This document shows, piece after piece, positions 43,058 through 57,430 of a stretch of DNA of 64,000 nucleotides. The number at the start of each line of letters is the position of its first letter. Positions within the stretch are counted from its first letter, which is position 1. The stretch is from contig OX597835.1 in the NCBI GenBank assembly GCA_951406725.2, positions 6,076,001 to 6,140,000 of the forward strand. Reading direction: 5' to 3'. The position numbers and the translations under genes are program-made. The notes under the pieces were generated by a model, which made no database searches, was not told where the DNA came from, and worked only from the letters and a program-made list of their open reading frames with translations. The DNA is from Octopus vulgaris. Lineage: Eukaryota.

Positions 43058-43124
<67 letters not shown>

Positions 43125-43344
43125 CGTGTGTTACTATCTGTGTTTGTCCCTCCACCATCGCTTGACAACCGATCTTGGTGCGTTTACGTCCCCGTAACTT
43201 AACGGTTCGGCAAAAGCGATCGATGGAATAAGTATCAGGCTTACAAAGAATAAGTCCAAGGGTAGATTATTTTTTTAGACTAAAAGGCGGTGCTCCAGCA
43301 TGGTCACAGTCAAAATGACTGAAACAAATAAAAGTGTAAAAGTA
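42895..43344 (+). mobile_element. SINE family A, full length, diverged
   Basis: Head-to-tail match to family A. Confidence 0.85.
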
Positions 43345-43462
43345 TGTATATATATATACCGGAGTAAGCACATAAATGTGATGCAAGGTGGGAAAAAGAG
43401 TACTCAAATACCAGAGGTAGAGTAGTATGCTTTATTTAGAAGCAGCAGAAATAAAACAAAAC

Positions 43463-43500
43463 CTGTTACTCAGAGTTTCACGTTGCCGTTCGTCGGACAG
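43463..43500 (-). ncRNA. compact type I hammerhead ribozyme motif (CCGACGA variant) in a probable Penelope-like terminus (about 43358-43510)
   Basis: Minus strand: ctgt-CCGACGA-acg(gcaa)cgt-GAAA-ctc(t)gag-TA-acag; all three helices pair; GNRA loop on stem II. Confidence 0.72.
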
Positions 43501-44325
43501 TTTTATTAAAATAGAACAAAAATAACGATATGATCAAAACTAGTTAAAGGATACACCTTTAAAAATGGTTTTGTTTCGTTGGTCCTTTCAAATAACGGTC
43601 TTAAGTATGCAATAAGCAAAATAAACAAAATAAATGAATTCAAGAGTTTGCGTCTTTGATTAAAAAGAGTTATTGTCCTGGAATAAAATGAAATATTTTT
43701 CCAGCAGGCATAAATCACATTTGATGTGTCTTTTATGTGCACCGTGTTTGAAATGTCCTTAATAATTTTAGGTTAGTGATTAGCACCTTTAACAAAGTAT
43801 AGTGTTTCTTTGTTCTTAAATCATAGAAGGTATTTATTGTAATCCAGTTTACTATTTTGTTTACGACATTTACTATTTTCCAGCTACTTTGCTATCAGAT
43901 CTACATGTCATGAAACAGCTTTAGTATGCGATCTACACTTTATATTGTAATCTACAAGAAAATTATACTTACCAAAAACAAGGAAAACACCTGTATCGGT
44001 TTCGAAAGAATGTCTGGTTAGAGAGTATGAAGCATTAGGGTTAATAAATAAATGTGTAAAATGTATAAAAATTCTAATTCTCTATTTTCGACTTTTCAAG
44101 CTGATGTTCGTTCGATTCGCCCATAAAATTAGTAAATTGGCTTCAAATCTGTTTCATTTTAATTTTTTTAAATAAATGTATAAAAATGTAAGAATATGGC
44201 TACGTCATTGTACTCTGTTTAGGCTTCCATTGCCTTGTATGTGTTTGTGTATGTAGGCAGGTAGATATGTATTTATATACGTATATGTATGTGTTCGTGT
44301 GTGTTTGAGTGCATGTGTGTGTGCA

Positions 44326-44374
<49 letters not shown>

Positions 44375-44486
44375 ATGTGTCTGTGGTATAAATTCGTACT
44401 GATGGGGATTTTAAGGTCCACACGACCACTTATTCAACCTCTGAACTAAGAATCGCTTTTGCTTTGCCTGACTAAAACATATATAT

Positions 44487-44532
<46 letters not shown>

Positions 44533-44734
44533 CATATGTGTGTATGCATATATATATATATATATACACACATATATATATACATATACACACATATATA
44601 TATACACATAAATATATATGCATATGTGTGTGTATGTATGCATATATATATGTGTGTGTGTGTGTGTTAGAGCGTACGTGTGAGTATGTGTGTACGTAGA
44701 CGCTACAGCCGATAGGCTTGAATAGGTAAAACAG

Positions 44735-44815
<81 letters not shown>

Positions 44816-45127
44816 GTATGTGGGTAATATTATGAAGGCCATAGAAAATATCAAATCATTTTGGGACGAAGTAATTGAAAATTGTCTGAACAGAGTTTGG
44901 GAAGAAACTGTGGCCAGACATGCAATGATATCCGAGAATCTGGCAAAGAAGTAGTAATAGTAACCATTAATGAGATCGTTGAGTTGACCAGTGAATGGAA
45001 GATGCAAAGTGACGCTGCGGAAAGTCTGAAGAAATTTAAGAGAGCCGAAGGATAAAAATTTACGCGTTGAACAAATGCGGAAGTTAGCGTGGAAATGTGT
45101 ATAAAATCAGCCTGAAGACCCTAATGT

Positions 45128-45514
45128 GGTGGAAGCACTCCGTCGGTTACGACGACGAGGGTTCCGGTTGATCCGAATCAACGGAACAGCCTGCTCGGGA
45201 AATTAACGTGTAAGTGGCTGAGCACTCCACAGTCACGTGTACCCTTAACGTAGTTCTCGGGGATATTCAGCGTGACACAGAGAGTGACAAGGCCGGCCCT
45301 TTGAAATACAGGTACAACAGAAACAGGAAGTAAGAGTGAGAGAAAGTTGTGGTGAAAGAATACAGCAGGGATCACCGCCATCCCCTGCCAGAGCCTCGTG
45401 GAGCTTTAGGTGTTTTCGCTCAATAAACACTCAGAACGCCCGGTCTAGGAATCGAAACCACGATCCTACGACCGCGAGTCCGCTGCCCTAACCACTGGGC
45501 CATTGCGCCTCCAT
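45128..45514 (-). mobile_element. SINE family D, full length with TSD
   Basis: Reverse complement of the 4151 copy; TSD cctaatgt at 45120-45127 and 45515-45522. Confidence 0.9.
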
Positions 45515-46113
45515 CCTAATGTAGAACCAGTAACACCAATGAATTCATGAGTCACAGCATTGCCAGCCTCACAGTAATTATAGAACGGATTTGCATGGAA
45601 TGACCCTGTGTGTGAGTGCATTTTCAAAGCGATGAGAAATGTCCTTAGCATTATCTGCTGCTACTGGGAGTTGCTTCGAGAGTCTAGACTCAGTAAAACA
45701 AGAAGCAACTAGTATGCGATAAAGCACCACGGCCTGGCTCCTCATCCCGGAGTGAGAGCCTCTTCTGGGTTTTAAATGAATGAAAAGCAGACCTGATATA
45801 CGAAATTAATTTTATGTATTTTTTAATAATTACATTAAATTTCAATTAAACATGGTTTCTACTTTTATCATAACTTCAGATCATAAGCAACATCACACTG
45901 TGTGAGGCTAGATAATTTTTTTAACTCTTGGTAGGTGTAGCAGCGAACCTCAGAACCTTTCAGCCTTTTGCCTATGTCTCTCACCTTCATTCGTGTTCGA
46001 ATAACTCCTTCAAAAAAGACTATCACGTTTATATGGCTTTTTACGCTGTTATAATGAACCCGTTGAATATTTTAAGACCATATCTAGAGTCCTAAATGAC
46101 GGCTTACTATATA

Positions 46114-46349
46114 TATTCTTTTATTCTTTAATTCATTTAATTGTTTCATTCATTAGACTGCGGCCATGCTGGAGCACCGCCTAGACGAATCTGTCTACTC
46201 CAGTACTTTTTTAAGTCTGGTACTTATTCTATCAGTCGGGATTACCAAACCGCTCAGTTGCGGGGACGTAAACACACCAACACTGGTTGTCAAGAAATGG
46301 TGAAACGCAAACACAAACACAAAACACACACGCACATATATACATACAT

Positions 46350-46406
<57 letters not shown>

Positions 46407-46743
46407 CTTTGGTATTATTATTATTATTATTATTATTATGCTAGGGCACCGCCTACATGAACATGTCGACCCCAGTACATTTTTTAAAGTCTGGTACTTG
46501 GAATACCAAACCGCTCAGTTGCGGGGACGTAAACACACCAACATCAAGAAATGGTATAAACACAAACACAAACACACACGCATATATACACGTATGTATG
46601 ACGAGCTTCTTTCAGTTTCCGTCTACCCAATCTACTCACAAGGCTTTGGCCGATCTAAGGCTATAATAGAAGAAACTTGCCCAAGGTCCCTCGCAGTGAA
46701 ACTGAACCCGGAACCATGTGGTTGGGAGGCAAGCTTTTTACCG
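46114..46743 (-). mobile_element. SINE family A with an internal duplication
   Basis: ttaagtctggtactt...accaaaccgctcagttgcggggacgtaaacacaccaaca occurs at about 46211 and about 46484. Confidence 0.8.
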
Positions 46744-46979
46744 CTTATACATATGTGTGTGTATTTCTGTATATATATATATATGTATGTACAGTATATG
46801 TGTGTGTATGTATACATAAATATATACATATATATATATATATATATAAACAAAAAGGGTATATATATATATACACAATATATATATCATTAGACAATAT
46901 ATATATATATATATCATATACAATATAGATATATGTGGAACACAAAAGATATATAGGTGAATATCAAAACATATATATA

Positions 46980-47028
<49 letters not shown>

Positions 47029-47398
47029 ATGTATATATGTGTGTATGTGTGTATGTATGTATGTATGTATGTATGTATGTATGTATGCATGCATCGGTGG
47101 CACTCTCCATTATGAATCCAAGGACTGCATTCCATCACCCTGAGGACGAAAACTGAAGATAACGGGATAGACTAACAGCACTTCCCTCAGAACATTGATA
47201 TATTGAAAAACAACTGTTTTTTCCAATACATAAAAGCAAAAAACCATCAACATTGCAACTCGTTCATTACATATTGAGAGTCAAATATTTATTATCGAAA
47301 GGTCGGCAGTCATTTCAAGGGCATGTCGGTATTTCTTAATGAAAATTCAGAATACATAAACCGCTGCTGGCAAACCTTCGAACTAACTGTTGAAGCTC

Positions 47399-47455
<57 letters not shown>

Positions 47456-47463
47456 TTATATAT

Positions 47464-47509
<46 letters not shown>

Positions 47510-47661
47510 CCGTATATATACATGTATATATACATATATATATATACATATATATATATATACACATACATATATATGCATATATATATATATATACAAA
47601 CACACAGATATATACAGCTATATACATATACATATATGTAACTACTTGTATATATGTATAC

Positions 47662-47696
<35 letters not shown>

Positions 47697-47715
47697 TATA
47701 TATGCATATATATAT

Positions 47716-47770
<55 letters not shown>

Positions 47771-47845
47771 TATATACACAGACAGATATATACAGCTATA
47801 TACATATACATATCTACTTGTATATATGTACTTGTATATATATAT

Positions 47846-47899
<54 letters not shown>

Positions 47900-48061
47900 G
47901 TGTGCGTCTGTGAATATATATGTGCAATATGGATCTTTATGCACACATGGACATATGCGTACATACATATACATATGTGCAAATATATGTGTGCGCGCGC
48001 GCGTGTGTGTGTGTATGTGTGTGTGTGTGCATGTGTGTGTGTGTATATATATATATGTGTG

Positions 48062-48102
<41 letters not shown>

Positions 48103-48395
48103 AGATATAAACAAGACCACGCTACTAAAAGAATACGGGGGAGAAATCTAGATTTGGAAATTCAGAATCTGTGGAAATTATTCTGCTGCTCTGCGATAGT
48201 CTGTGACACTTTAACGAATCAATAGAATCTATGAATGTGTGATTGATCTTTAAAGGAATCGACAAAAGAATATTAATCAGAGAAGGAAAAGAAGAAAGGA
48301 AAACAAGGAAAAAAAGAAGCAAGTTTATCAGAGAAAATAAATAAAAATTTCTCTATTAAGTCTTCGCTGTTTGTGTGTGTCCCCATGTGAGTGCG

Positions 48396-48446
<51 letters not shown>

Positions 48447-48584
48447 TAAGTATGTGGTGTGTGTGTGCGTGTCTATGTATACATTCACACACACACGCAC
48501 TCGTATACACACACACGTATACATAAATATGAGTGTATGTAATTTATAAATATATTTATTCGTGTATATTTTCATATATGTATG

Positions 48585-48622
<38 letters not shown>

Positions 48623-48937
48623 CACACATATATATAAGTATATATATATTATGTATGTATGTATATATATATATTCATGCATATATCAATACACACAGAT
48701 ACGTACAAATGTATACATATACATACATTGTTATAAATATATATCAATACACATATGTACACATAATTATACCTACGTATATACATATATATATATATAC
48801 ATATATCCACATATATATTATGCGTATATATATATGTTTATAAGATATATATGTACATATGTGTGTATATGTATATATATATGTATGTATCTATGTATGT
48901 GAATATATATTATATATATATGTGTGTGTATATGTAT

Positions 48938-48996
<59 letters not shown>

Positions 48997-49514
48997 TGTA
49001 CACACAGGCACACATATCATTTCGTCGCCTGAATAATCGTGCATAACGAGGAATCAAGCTAGACAGGCTGCAGGGTGAATAATAATCACCATCATCATCA
49101 TCATCATCATCATCATCGATTTCAGATGAATAAATATATACTCCATTTATTATTTACTTATCGTTTATTTATTATTCATTTAAGTATTTATTTTATATTG
49201 GCACCGGCGAACAGTAACGTCTTAGATTAAATATTTGTGGTAGACCAACCATTGCTTCACTGCGTTTTCCGACGTCTAAGTTAACCAGAGTCTAACATGA
49301 TACAACAGAAGTATCTCATAAAATATCCATCAAATGCCCCCCACCCTACGTATGATCAAGGTTTCTTTGTTATGAAATATGGGAATGCCCAAGTGAGTCA
49401 TTAGCTCTACATAATGTACTCTACATTATGTATTAAGTACTCTTTCCCATTGTTTCCATATACCTACTTACATACATATCCACATACATACATATATATA
49501 TGTGGGGGGGGTAC

Positions 49515-49840
<326 letters not shown>

Positions 49841-49894
49841 TTTTTTGAATATGGATTCAACAGAATCTAGGCACATCAATACAAAGGACGCCAG

Positions 49895-49957
<63 letters not shown>

Positions 49958-50201
49958 CTAGCAGAAAGACCACCGAATTCTAATAATTTTTATATTTCAC
50001 GTCTAATTATTTCTTCGTGAAATAGTGCTCACTTGATTAGTAAATATTGCTTTCATTATTTCATCAGTTATAATCTATTTTAGACAAACATCACGGTAGT
50101 CCTACAACTGAGGGAGAAGCAGTTTGTCAAGTTTTACCTTCCCTTCCAAGCAACATAGATTTCAATTCAGCAGCTCATCTTTAAGCTTCGCAGTTTGTGT
50201 G

Positions 50202-50254
<53 letters not shown>

Positions 50255-50345
50255 ATTGCAAACAATGATGAAATAAACATGAAATGAAAAAATTGTATTA
50301 ATAAAAGGGTATTAAAACAGATGTCACATAGCACACCTTGTGAAA

Positions 50346-50525
50346 AGGCGGCTAGCTGGCAGAAACGTTATAGAAATACTTAGAGGAACTTCGTCTGCCT
50401 TTACGTAGTTCAAATTCCACCGAGATCGAGTAGTAGTACTGAGTCGCCCACCCCAAAATTTTCGGGCCTTGTGTCTAGAGTAGGCCGTGGTGGTGGTGGT
50501 GGTGGTGGTGGTGGAAAAGAATATA
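50346..50525 (+). mobile_element. deleted SINE family B with the alternative tail
   Basis: ggcggctagctggcagaaacgtta...ccccaaaattttcgggccttgtgtctagagta...gaaaagaata. Confidence 0.7.
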
Positions 50526-50533
50526 GTTAGCAC

Positions 50534-50560
50534 GTGGTGGTGGTGGTGGTGGTGGTGGTG

Positions 50561-50591
<31 letters not shown>

Positions 50592-50595
50592 CAGC

Positions 50596-50636
<41 letters not shown>

Positions 50637-50665
50637 CGGTCGTGGTGGTGGTGGTGGTGGTGGTG

Positions 50666-50702
<37 letters not shown>

Positions 50703-50703
50703 C

Positions 50704-50744
<41 letters not shown>

Positions 50745-50764
50745 CGGTCGTGGTGGTGGTGGTG

Positions 50765-50795
<31 letters not shown>

Positions 50796-50818
50796 CAGCG
50801 GTCGTGGTGGTGGTGGTG

Positions 50819-50849
<31 letters not shown>

Positions 50850-50917
50850 CGGTCGTGGTGGTGGTGGTGGTGGAAGTAGTAGTAGTAGTAGTAGCAGCGG
50901 TCGTGGTGGTGGTGGTG

Positions 50918-50957
<40 letters not shown>

Positions 50958-51025
50958 CGGTCGTGGTGGTGGTGGTGGTGGAAGTAGTAGTAGTAGTAGT
51001 AGCAGCGGTCGTGGTGGTGGTGGTG

Positions 51026-51062
<37 letters not shown>

Positions 51063-51127
51063 CGGTCGTGGTGGTGGTGGTGGAAGTAGTAGTAGTAGTA
51101 GTAGCAGCGGTCGTGGTGGTGGTGGTG

Positions 51128-51158
<31 letters not shown>

Positions 51159-51359
51159 CGGTCGTGGTGGTGGTGGTGGTGGAAGTAGTAGTAGTAGTAG
51201 TAGCAGCGGTCGTGGTGGTGGTGGTGGAAGTAGTAAACAACAACAACAACAACACCCACAACATAACCCTTATTATTATGTAGTAGTAGTAGCGGTCGTG
51301 GTGGTGGTGGTGGAAGTAGTAGTAGTAGTAGTAGCAGCGGTCGTTGTCGTAGTTACTGC

Positions 51360-51415
<56 letters not shown>

Positions 51416-51444
51416 CGGCAGTGGTGGTGGTGGTGGTGGTGGTG

Positions 51445-51487
<43 letters not shown>

Positions 51488-51491
51488 CAGC

Positions 51492-51529
<38 letters not shown>

Positions 51530-51555
51530 CGGTCGTGGTGGTGGTGGTGGTGGTG

Positions 51556-51586
<31 letters not shown>

Positions 51587-51654
51587 CGGCGGTGGTGGTG
51601 GTGGTGGTGGAAGTAGTAGTAGTAGTAGTAGCAGCGGTCGTGGTGGTGGTGGTG

Positions 51655-51694
<40 letters not shown>

Positions 51695-51795
51695 CGGTCG
51701 TGGTGGTGGTGGTGGTGGAAGTAGTAGTAGTAGTAGTAGTAGTGGTGGTAGTGGTGCTAGTGGTGGTGGTGGTTGCTGCTGCTGCTGCTGCTGCC
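50534..51795. repeat. higher-order triplet minisatellite [GCGGTC(GTG)nGAA(GTA)n]
   Basis: Read directly; source of the poly-V/T/YH ORFs. Confidence 0.95.
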
Positions 51796-52604
51796 GTTGT
51801 TATGGTGTCTTGTACAATCTGGACTTGTAGCTCGATCTATCTCGATCTTGAATTAGTCTAATCTTTTAACTAATCTTTTAACAGTATCACGTCTCTAATG
51901 AAGGATTTATCTTAATCCTTTACTTAAGAAATATTGTAATTCCTGTTGATTACGCAAAACACCAAAACTAGAGATAAAAAAAAAGGAGAGTGACAATGAA
52001 CTGGATGCCTATAAAGTCGCACATAATGCCTGAAATAGCAGCCAAATACTCTCTCAAAGCACATTCAACATTTGTAGAAATAGAAAGAGACTGAAGAGTT
52101 ATAACCCAAGATACACAGGAACTGTTAACATAAATGTTGAGGTGGTCACTATTGGGACGTCTTAAAGAAGTGTGTGGTGAGCAAGGAAATTTCTGAGACA
52201 CAAAAAAATGTAGATTTCTTTTTTTTTTAATCGTTTATTCAGGAAAGGACGAACAGCGTTCGAAACTCTTTTTAGTGCCTCCGACAATTATGTGGAAAAG
52301 ATGGAAGCAAGTTATACTCAGACTGAAGACGTGGCCTTGAGTGTAAGCAATGAATTGAACTCCACAAATGGTCCTCAAAGACCCAAGTGGAGCTGTTTAA
52401 CCTGGTGACGGATTATGTCACTCAAAAACTAAAATTGAAGCAAAAACAAACCACGAAGAATTCCATCAATTCATCTTCCAGAACTGGCGCTATATTTTAC
52501 TAAATTCGAAAGGATGACAGATAAAGTTGACTTCTGCTGGATTCGAACTCAGATCGCAGAGAGCAACAACAATTACATGAACAAATTTTCGGTATGAGAA
52601 TTAC

Positions 52605-52641
<37 letters not shown>

Positions 52642-52834
52642 TTTCCTCCCTCTTTTCCTAACAGTCTTTAAGTATTATTTTGTAATTATAGATACATTCT
52701 ATTTTAATCCATACTTCTTTAATCCGTATATCTCTAATTCATATAACTTTAATCTCTATTTCTCTAAGCATACCTTCCTTCACATTCTCCTACAATTCAT
52801 GCCTTTACAAACCATATACTTCTCTAATCCATAG

Positions 52835-52867
<33 letters not shown>

Positions 52868-52870
<3 letters not shown>

Positions 52871-53745
52871 TGAGTGGGTGGCAAGTAGCTAGGCATAAGA
52901 AATTGCTTATAGAATGTTTAATATCACTGAAGTCATGACGAAAACATTTCTTAAGCAGACGACACTAATGGAGATTTCTTATATGGTCTTATTTCTTATT
53001 TTCCAGATCGTCGATAGCTTGACTGTTCAGGAGCCAGCTAAGATAACAGCACGCTATGAAGTGTGGAAGTCCGTTGTTTTGGTTCAGAGAGGGTGGCGTG
53101 CATGGAAAGGTAAACATACAACACTACGTCTGGAGACAGTAAAAGTTCTTATGCAAAGCTTATGACCACGGACTCTGTGAACGATGCAAGTGGTGGCCGT
53201 CCAACCACATCCCGATCAACCGAAAATGTGGCAACAGTGCAAGAAATGTTTAATCGTAGCTCCCAAAAATCAACACGTCAAGCAGCTCGTGAAAGTGGAC
53301 TAACAAGACACACAATACGTACGGTTTTGCATAAACAATTGAATTTTCATCCGTGGAAACCCCGTTACGTGCAGGAGCTAAAACCTGAAAACTGTAACTG
53401 CAGAATTCCAGAAGTCTAGATCTCACCCCAAGTGATTTTTACCTGTGAGGTTGCACAAAAAAGGAGGTATACAAGACAAAACATCTCACACTGGAGGACC
53501 TGGGGATACGAATTCAAAAGGTTTTCATGGATATCCTAGAAGATGTCCTTCAGAAGGTTGTTCATTCCATCCCTGGCCGACAGAGGAAACGGGTTCACGC
53601 CAGCCATGCTTACGTTGAAATATGAAGATTTTCTTTCATTTTCTCATGTAATAAAGAACATGTATCATTTGTTTCAATAAATTTGTAAAAGGAATTGGGA
53701 TTTTATTAACAATGTTTAATGCCTACTTACTTTTCACCTACATAC
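52868..53745 (+). mobile_element. internally deleted Tc1/mariner-superfamily transposon (DUF4817/Tc3-like N-terminus)
   Basis: Fragments ARYEVWKSVVLVQRGWR, SVNDASGGRPTTSRSTENV...STRQAARESG...LHKQLNFHPWK and SLDLTPSDFYL*G; degenerate TIRs (aagtagctaggcat / atgcctacttactt). Confidence 0.8.
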
Positions 53746-53812
53746 TTTTCATATATATACATATTGATAGAAATAGTAAGACAACAAAAGAATCAAAGAG
53801 ACCTCGATATTA

Positions 53813-54002
53813 TTGTGGGCAGTAAAGAAATGGGTATTTCGTCTGCCGCTACGTTCTGAGTTCAAATTCCGCCGACGTTGACTTTACCTTTCATCCTTTC
53901 GGGGTCGATGAATTAAGTACAAGTTGCGTACTGGGTTGATTTAATTGACTGGCCCCCTCCCCAAAATATTTGGGCCTTGTGCCTAGAGTAGAAAAGAATA
54001 TT
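53813..54002 (+). mobile_element. SINE B tail joined to a headless SINE B unit with a different tail
   Basis: ttgtgggcagtaaagaaatGggtatttcgtctgccg...ggccccctccccaaaa...gcctagagtagaaaagaata. Confidence 0.85.
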
Positions 54003-54112
54003 GTTCAAATCTTCACAATTTTAGTTGAAACTTTTCTAATCCATTCTACTTTAATCTCTACTATTATAATCTGATTTTAGTCATATTAAGTTAATCCATA
54101 TTATCACATACC

Positions 54113-54342
54113 CATTTCTTTATTACCCACAAGGGGTTAAACATAGAAGGGACAAACAAGGACAGACATAGGTATTAAGTCGATTATATAGACCCCAGTG
54201 CGTAATTGGTACTTAATTTATCGACCCCGAAAGGATGAAAGGTAAAGTCGACCCCGGCGGAATTTGAACTCACAACGTAACGGCAGACGAAATACCGCTA
54301 AGCATTTCGCCCGACGTGCTAACGTTTCTGCCAGCTCTCCGT
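54113..54342 (-). mobile_element. SINE family B, full length with 16 bp TSD
   Basis: catattatcaca(t/c)acc at 54097-54112 and 54343-54358. Confidence 0.9.
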
Positions 54343-54769
54343 CATATTATCACACACCATTATACTATCGCCCAAACTGCTACAGCCACCTGCTGCAATT
54401 TACACTGTTATAATTAATATTAACCAATCTGTGTAACAACGAAGAAGTCTCGTGTTGGAACAGTTTCTAATTAATGTCCTTTTCACGAACAGACAATATC
54501 TTGTGGTAGCATTACCAGCTCTGAGATATTTCAAAGTTGCTCTTCGAGTCTGTGGCTCAAAGTTTTCCGAAATACATTGTCTAATGGAACAGTGTCGACG
54601 TCCAGACTCCCTTATAGGATGTCAAAGAACGTCGTCGCTATTGTCCGATACTAACGTTCTTTAAGATGCAAGGATTGACAGTTGACCTACTAAATATAGT
54701 AGCTAGATCCCCTTCCAATAACATATTATCGCCTGGAAAAATTGAGGTCTACTTTCTGTAACGTGATCA

Positions 54770-55051
54770 CGTGATCGAGCGAACTATCGTATGTTATACA
54801 TCGCTGGTTACAATGCGCTTTGCATCGTTTTAGCTTTCAAATGATGTTACTCCGCTGGTTAGGCAAGAAGGTCAGCAATCGCCCCTGTTCGGAAGGCAAG
54901 TTCGTTTCTGGGTTACTTACTTATCGCTGAGTGGACTGGAGCAACATGAAATGAAGTGTCTTGCGCAAAAAACTCGAGGCCGCCGACCGGTCCGGGAATC
55001 GAAACCCCGCTCAAGCTTTCTTGCGTGCGACACCCTAACCACTGGGCCATT
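54770..55051 (-). mobile_element. tRNA-derived SINE with D-like head and C-like core
   Basis: ccctaaccactgggccatt and gggaatcgaaacc (head) plus gctgagtggactggagcaacatgaaatgaagtgtcttg (core). Confidence 0.65.
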
Positions 55052-55237
55052 CTAAATAACCGATGTAATGTATTTTAAATAACCAATGCTTGAGACAAAA
55101 AAAATCCATAGATAATGAGATATTCTTTGCGAGAACGCCTTTGATATTACGTTTGCTTAGTTTTGTAGAATAACAACAACAATCTACAACATCAACAGCA
55201 ACAACAACCAGTGCAATCGATCATGCTGTATTGCGCT

Positions 55238-55380
55238 GCCATTTTTGTGGTGCTTCTTAGAAATAATATTTCGAAATCCCACACAGTTCCGCCCCCACCC
55301 ACGAAACCTCTAAAATGGTTTATTCATTGGCCAAATAATGAAACGCTTATAAAATAGTCATTAGCTTCAGAATCAGCGAT
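55238..55380 (+). promoter_or_regulatory. candidate Pol II core promoter
   Basis: GCCATTTT (55238), CCGCCCCC (55289), ATTGG (55326) and TATAAAA (55348) in canonical order in unique DNA; motif evidence only. Confidence 0.25.
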
Positions 55381-55584
55381 TCTTCGCCTGTGTTTCTCTC
55401 CCCAGTGTCTTAGACTTAACCATTAATTTTATTCTCAGAAATCAAATGTTATTTCGCGGCGAAAATTTCTTACCAATTTCTAAACATGCCTCCAACCATT
55501 AACGATTTCGAGCGGACTTTAGTGCCGAGAATAAAATATGCATTAGACATTAGTGCTGGGGGAGGATTTAATTAACTAATTACA

Positions 55585-55632
<48 letters not shown>

Positions 55633-55879
55633 GACTCACATACGTATATAAGCATATATACAAATACACATATAAATGCATATATACACAGTCACAATCT
55701 CGCAGTACAGAGAAATACTAAACACACACAAATATGCAGAGGTAGGAATAGCTGAGAGTATATGTACAAATGAATATAGTTGTACGCTTACACACACATA
55801 GACTCACACACAACACAATACACACACATACAAACACTGAACATATATTTGTAAGCATGTGTATGTGTGTATATTACTG

Positions 55880-55942
<63 letters not shown>

Positions 55943-56629
55943 ATGTAATTATGCATGTATGTACAACAATATGTATATAGGTACGCCGAGATATATACGC
56001 ATTAAATATATGTGCATATATTAACATTTACCCGATCACATATGCATGAACACTCGCACACACACACACACACACATATATACAAACAAACACATACACA
56101 CGCTTATGTACACAGACATGCGCACACTTATGTAGACATACATACGTGCGTGTATGTATAAAACATTGCCGAGTTGCAAGACAGTACTTGTTTGAGAAAC
56201 AATATATTAAAGAGACTCATACATTGATATATATATATATATGTGTGTGTGTTTGTGGTTGTCTACGCCAATGTCTATAGAAATATACATATAGTTATCA
56301 TTCTTATGTTTTTGAACATATATGTGTGTGTTGTGAGATTTCCTCTGCTAATTCACCTTGTTCCATATTCATCATGTTGACTCATGTCTGAGCTATGAAT
56401 ATTCTTACTCATATTTAACAATTGGTCGAGCACTTTCTGATTATATACCTCACATTACACAGATGACAATCTATTCCGTTCAAACTACGCATGTCTTAGA
56501 AATTTAATGATGGGGCCAGTAGGCCGGTATTTCGAATCCCTGTCACCCCTTTTTTCTTATAAACAAGTATTCTACAAAAAATTATTGAGTAATACGTCAA
56601 TTTAATCTTTAACTGGTTTTATTATTATT

Positions 56630-56940
56630 TGGAAGCGCCATCCAACCAAAATGCAAATATATGGGAAACTACCACCTGTGTCATCTCTTGTGAAAGGTAG
56701 GAGAGTCCAGTTTGCTGGACATTGTTGTAGAGCTGAAAAAGAAGTAATTTCTACTCTTCTCCTCTGGAAGCCATCTACTCGCAATACCAGAAGGCGCACA
56801 CTCTCCTACCCTGATGTAATCTCCAGGGATACAGGCATCCAGCAACAGGACCTCCGTAATGCCATGATGGACCGTGAAGTCTGGCGTAGCATGGTAAATT
56901 CCATTGTCTCGAACACGGTCGAACAATGATGATGATGATG
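56630..56940 (+). mobile_element. RTE-type LINE 3' fragment with open RT C-terminus and (TGA)n tail
   Basis: WKRHPTKMQIYGKLPPVSSLVKGRRVQFAGHCCRA...LLLWKP...AMMDREVWR; stop codon runs into (TGA)n; possible TSD attatttg. Confidence 0.85.
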
Positions 56941-56959
56941 ATTATTTGATATAAAAATT

Positions 56960-57067
56960 CTTTACGTTCTGAGTTCAAATTCCGCCGAGGTCGACCTTCC
57001 CTTTCGTCCTTTCGAAATCAATAAAATAAATGCCAGTTAAGAACTGGGGTCGAAATAATCGACTTAG
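56960..57067 (+). mobile_element. SINE family B core fragment
   Basis: tacgttctgagttcaaattccgccgaggtcgac...ctggggtcga...aatcgactta. Confidence 0.75.
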
Positions 57068-57388
57068 GATCTCCCTTGGAATGTTCGTATCCTGTCTGGT
57101 CCTAAGGCCGTCTCCTGTTTATTTATTTCAGTTTCTTCGTACGTCCATCTTTCGTCTTGGTTATTTTCGCCTTTTTCCCTCGTCCCTCTACCAACGGTTT
57201 CGTCTTGAATCACATTTATTTCATGGCTGTATGTTTACTTTCTGTTTTGCATATCTTTTTTTTCATTTCTCGTTTCTTTGTTCACTTTCTGTCATGTTTG
57301 GGCCTTTGTTCGTTGGCTCACCATTTCCCGGCAGCTTCTTGCAGTCGGTGCAAGAAGGTCGATACATACACACACACACACACACACT

Positions 57389-57430
<42 letters not shown>

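Noticed and set aside
50324-51861. 311 aa His/Tyr-rich and poly-Val/Thr ORFs
   Set aside because: Product of a triplet minisatellite; no unique coding sequence.
57188-57210. Half hammerheads (minus strand GAAACCG-TH; also near 26035 and 43995)
   Set aside because: No matching CUGANGA strand found; at most truncated remnants.
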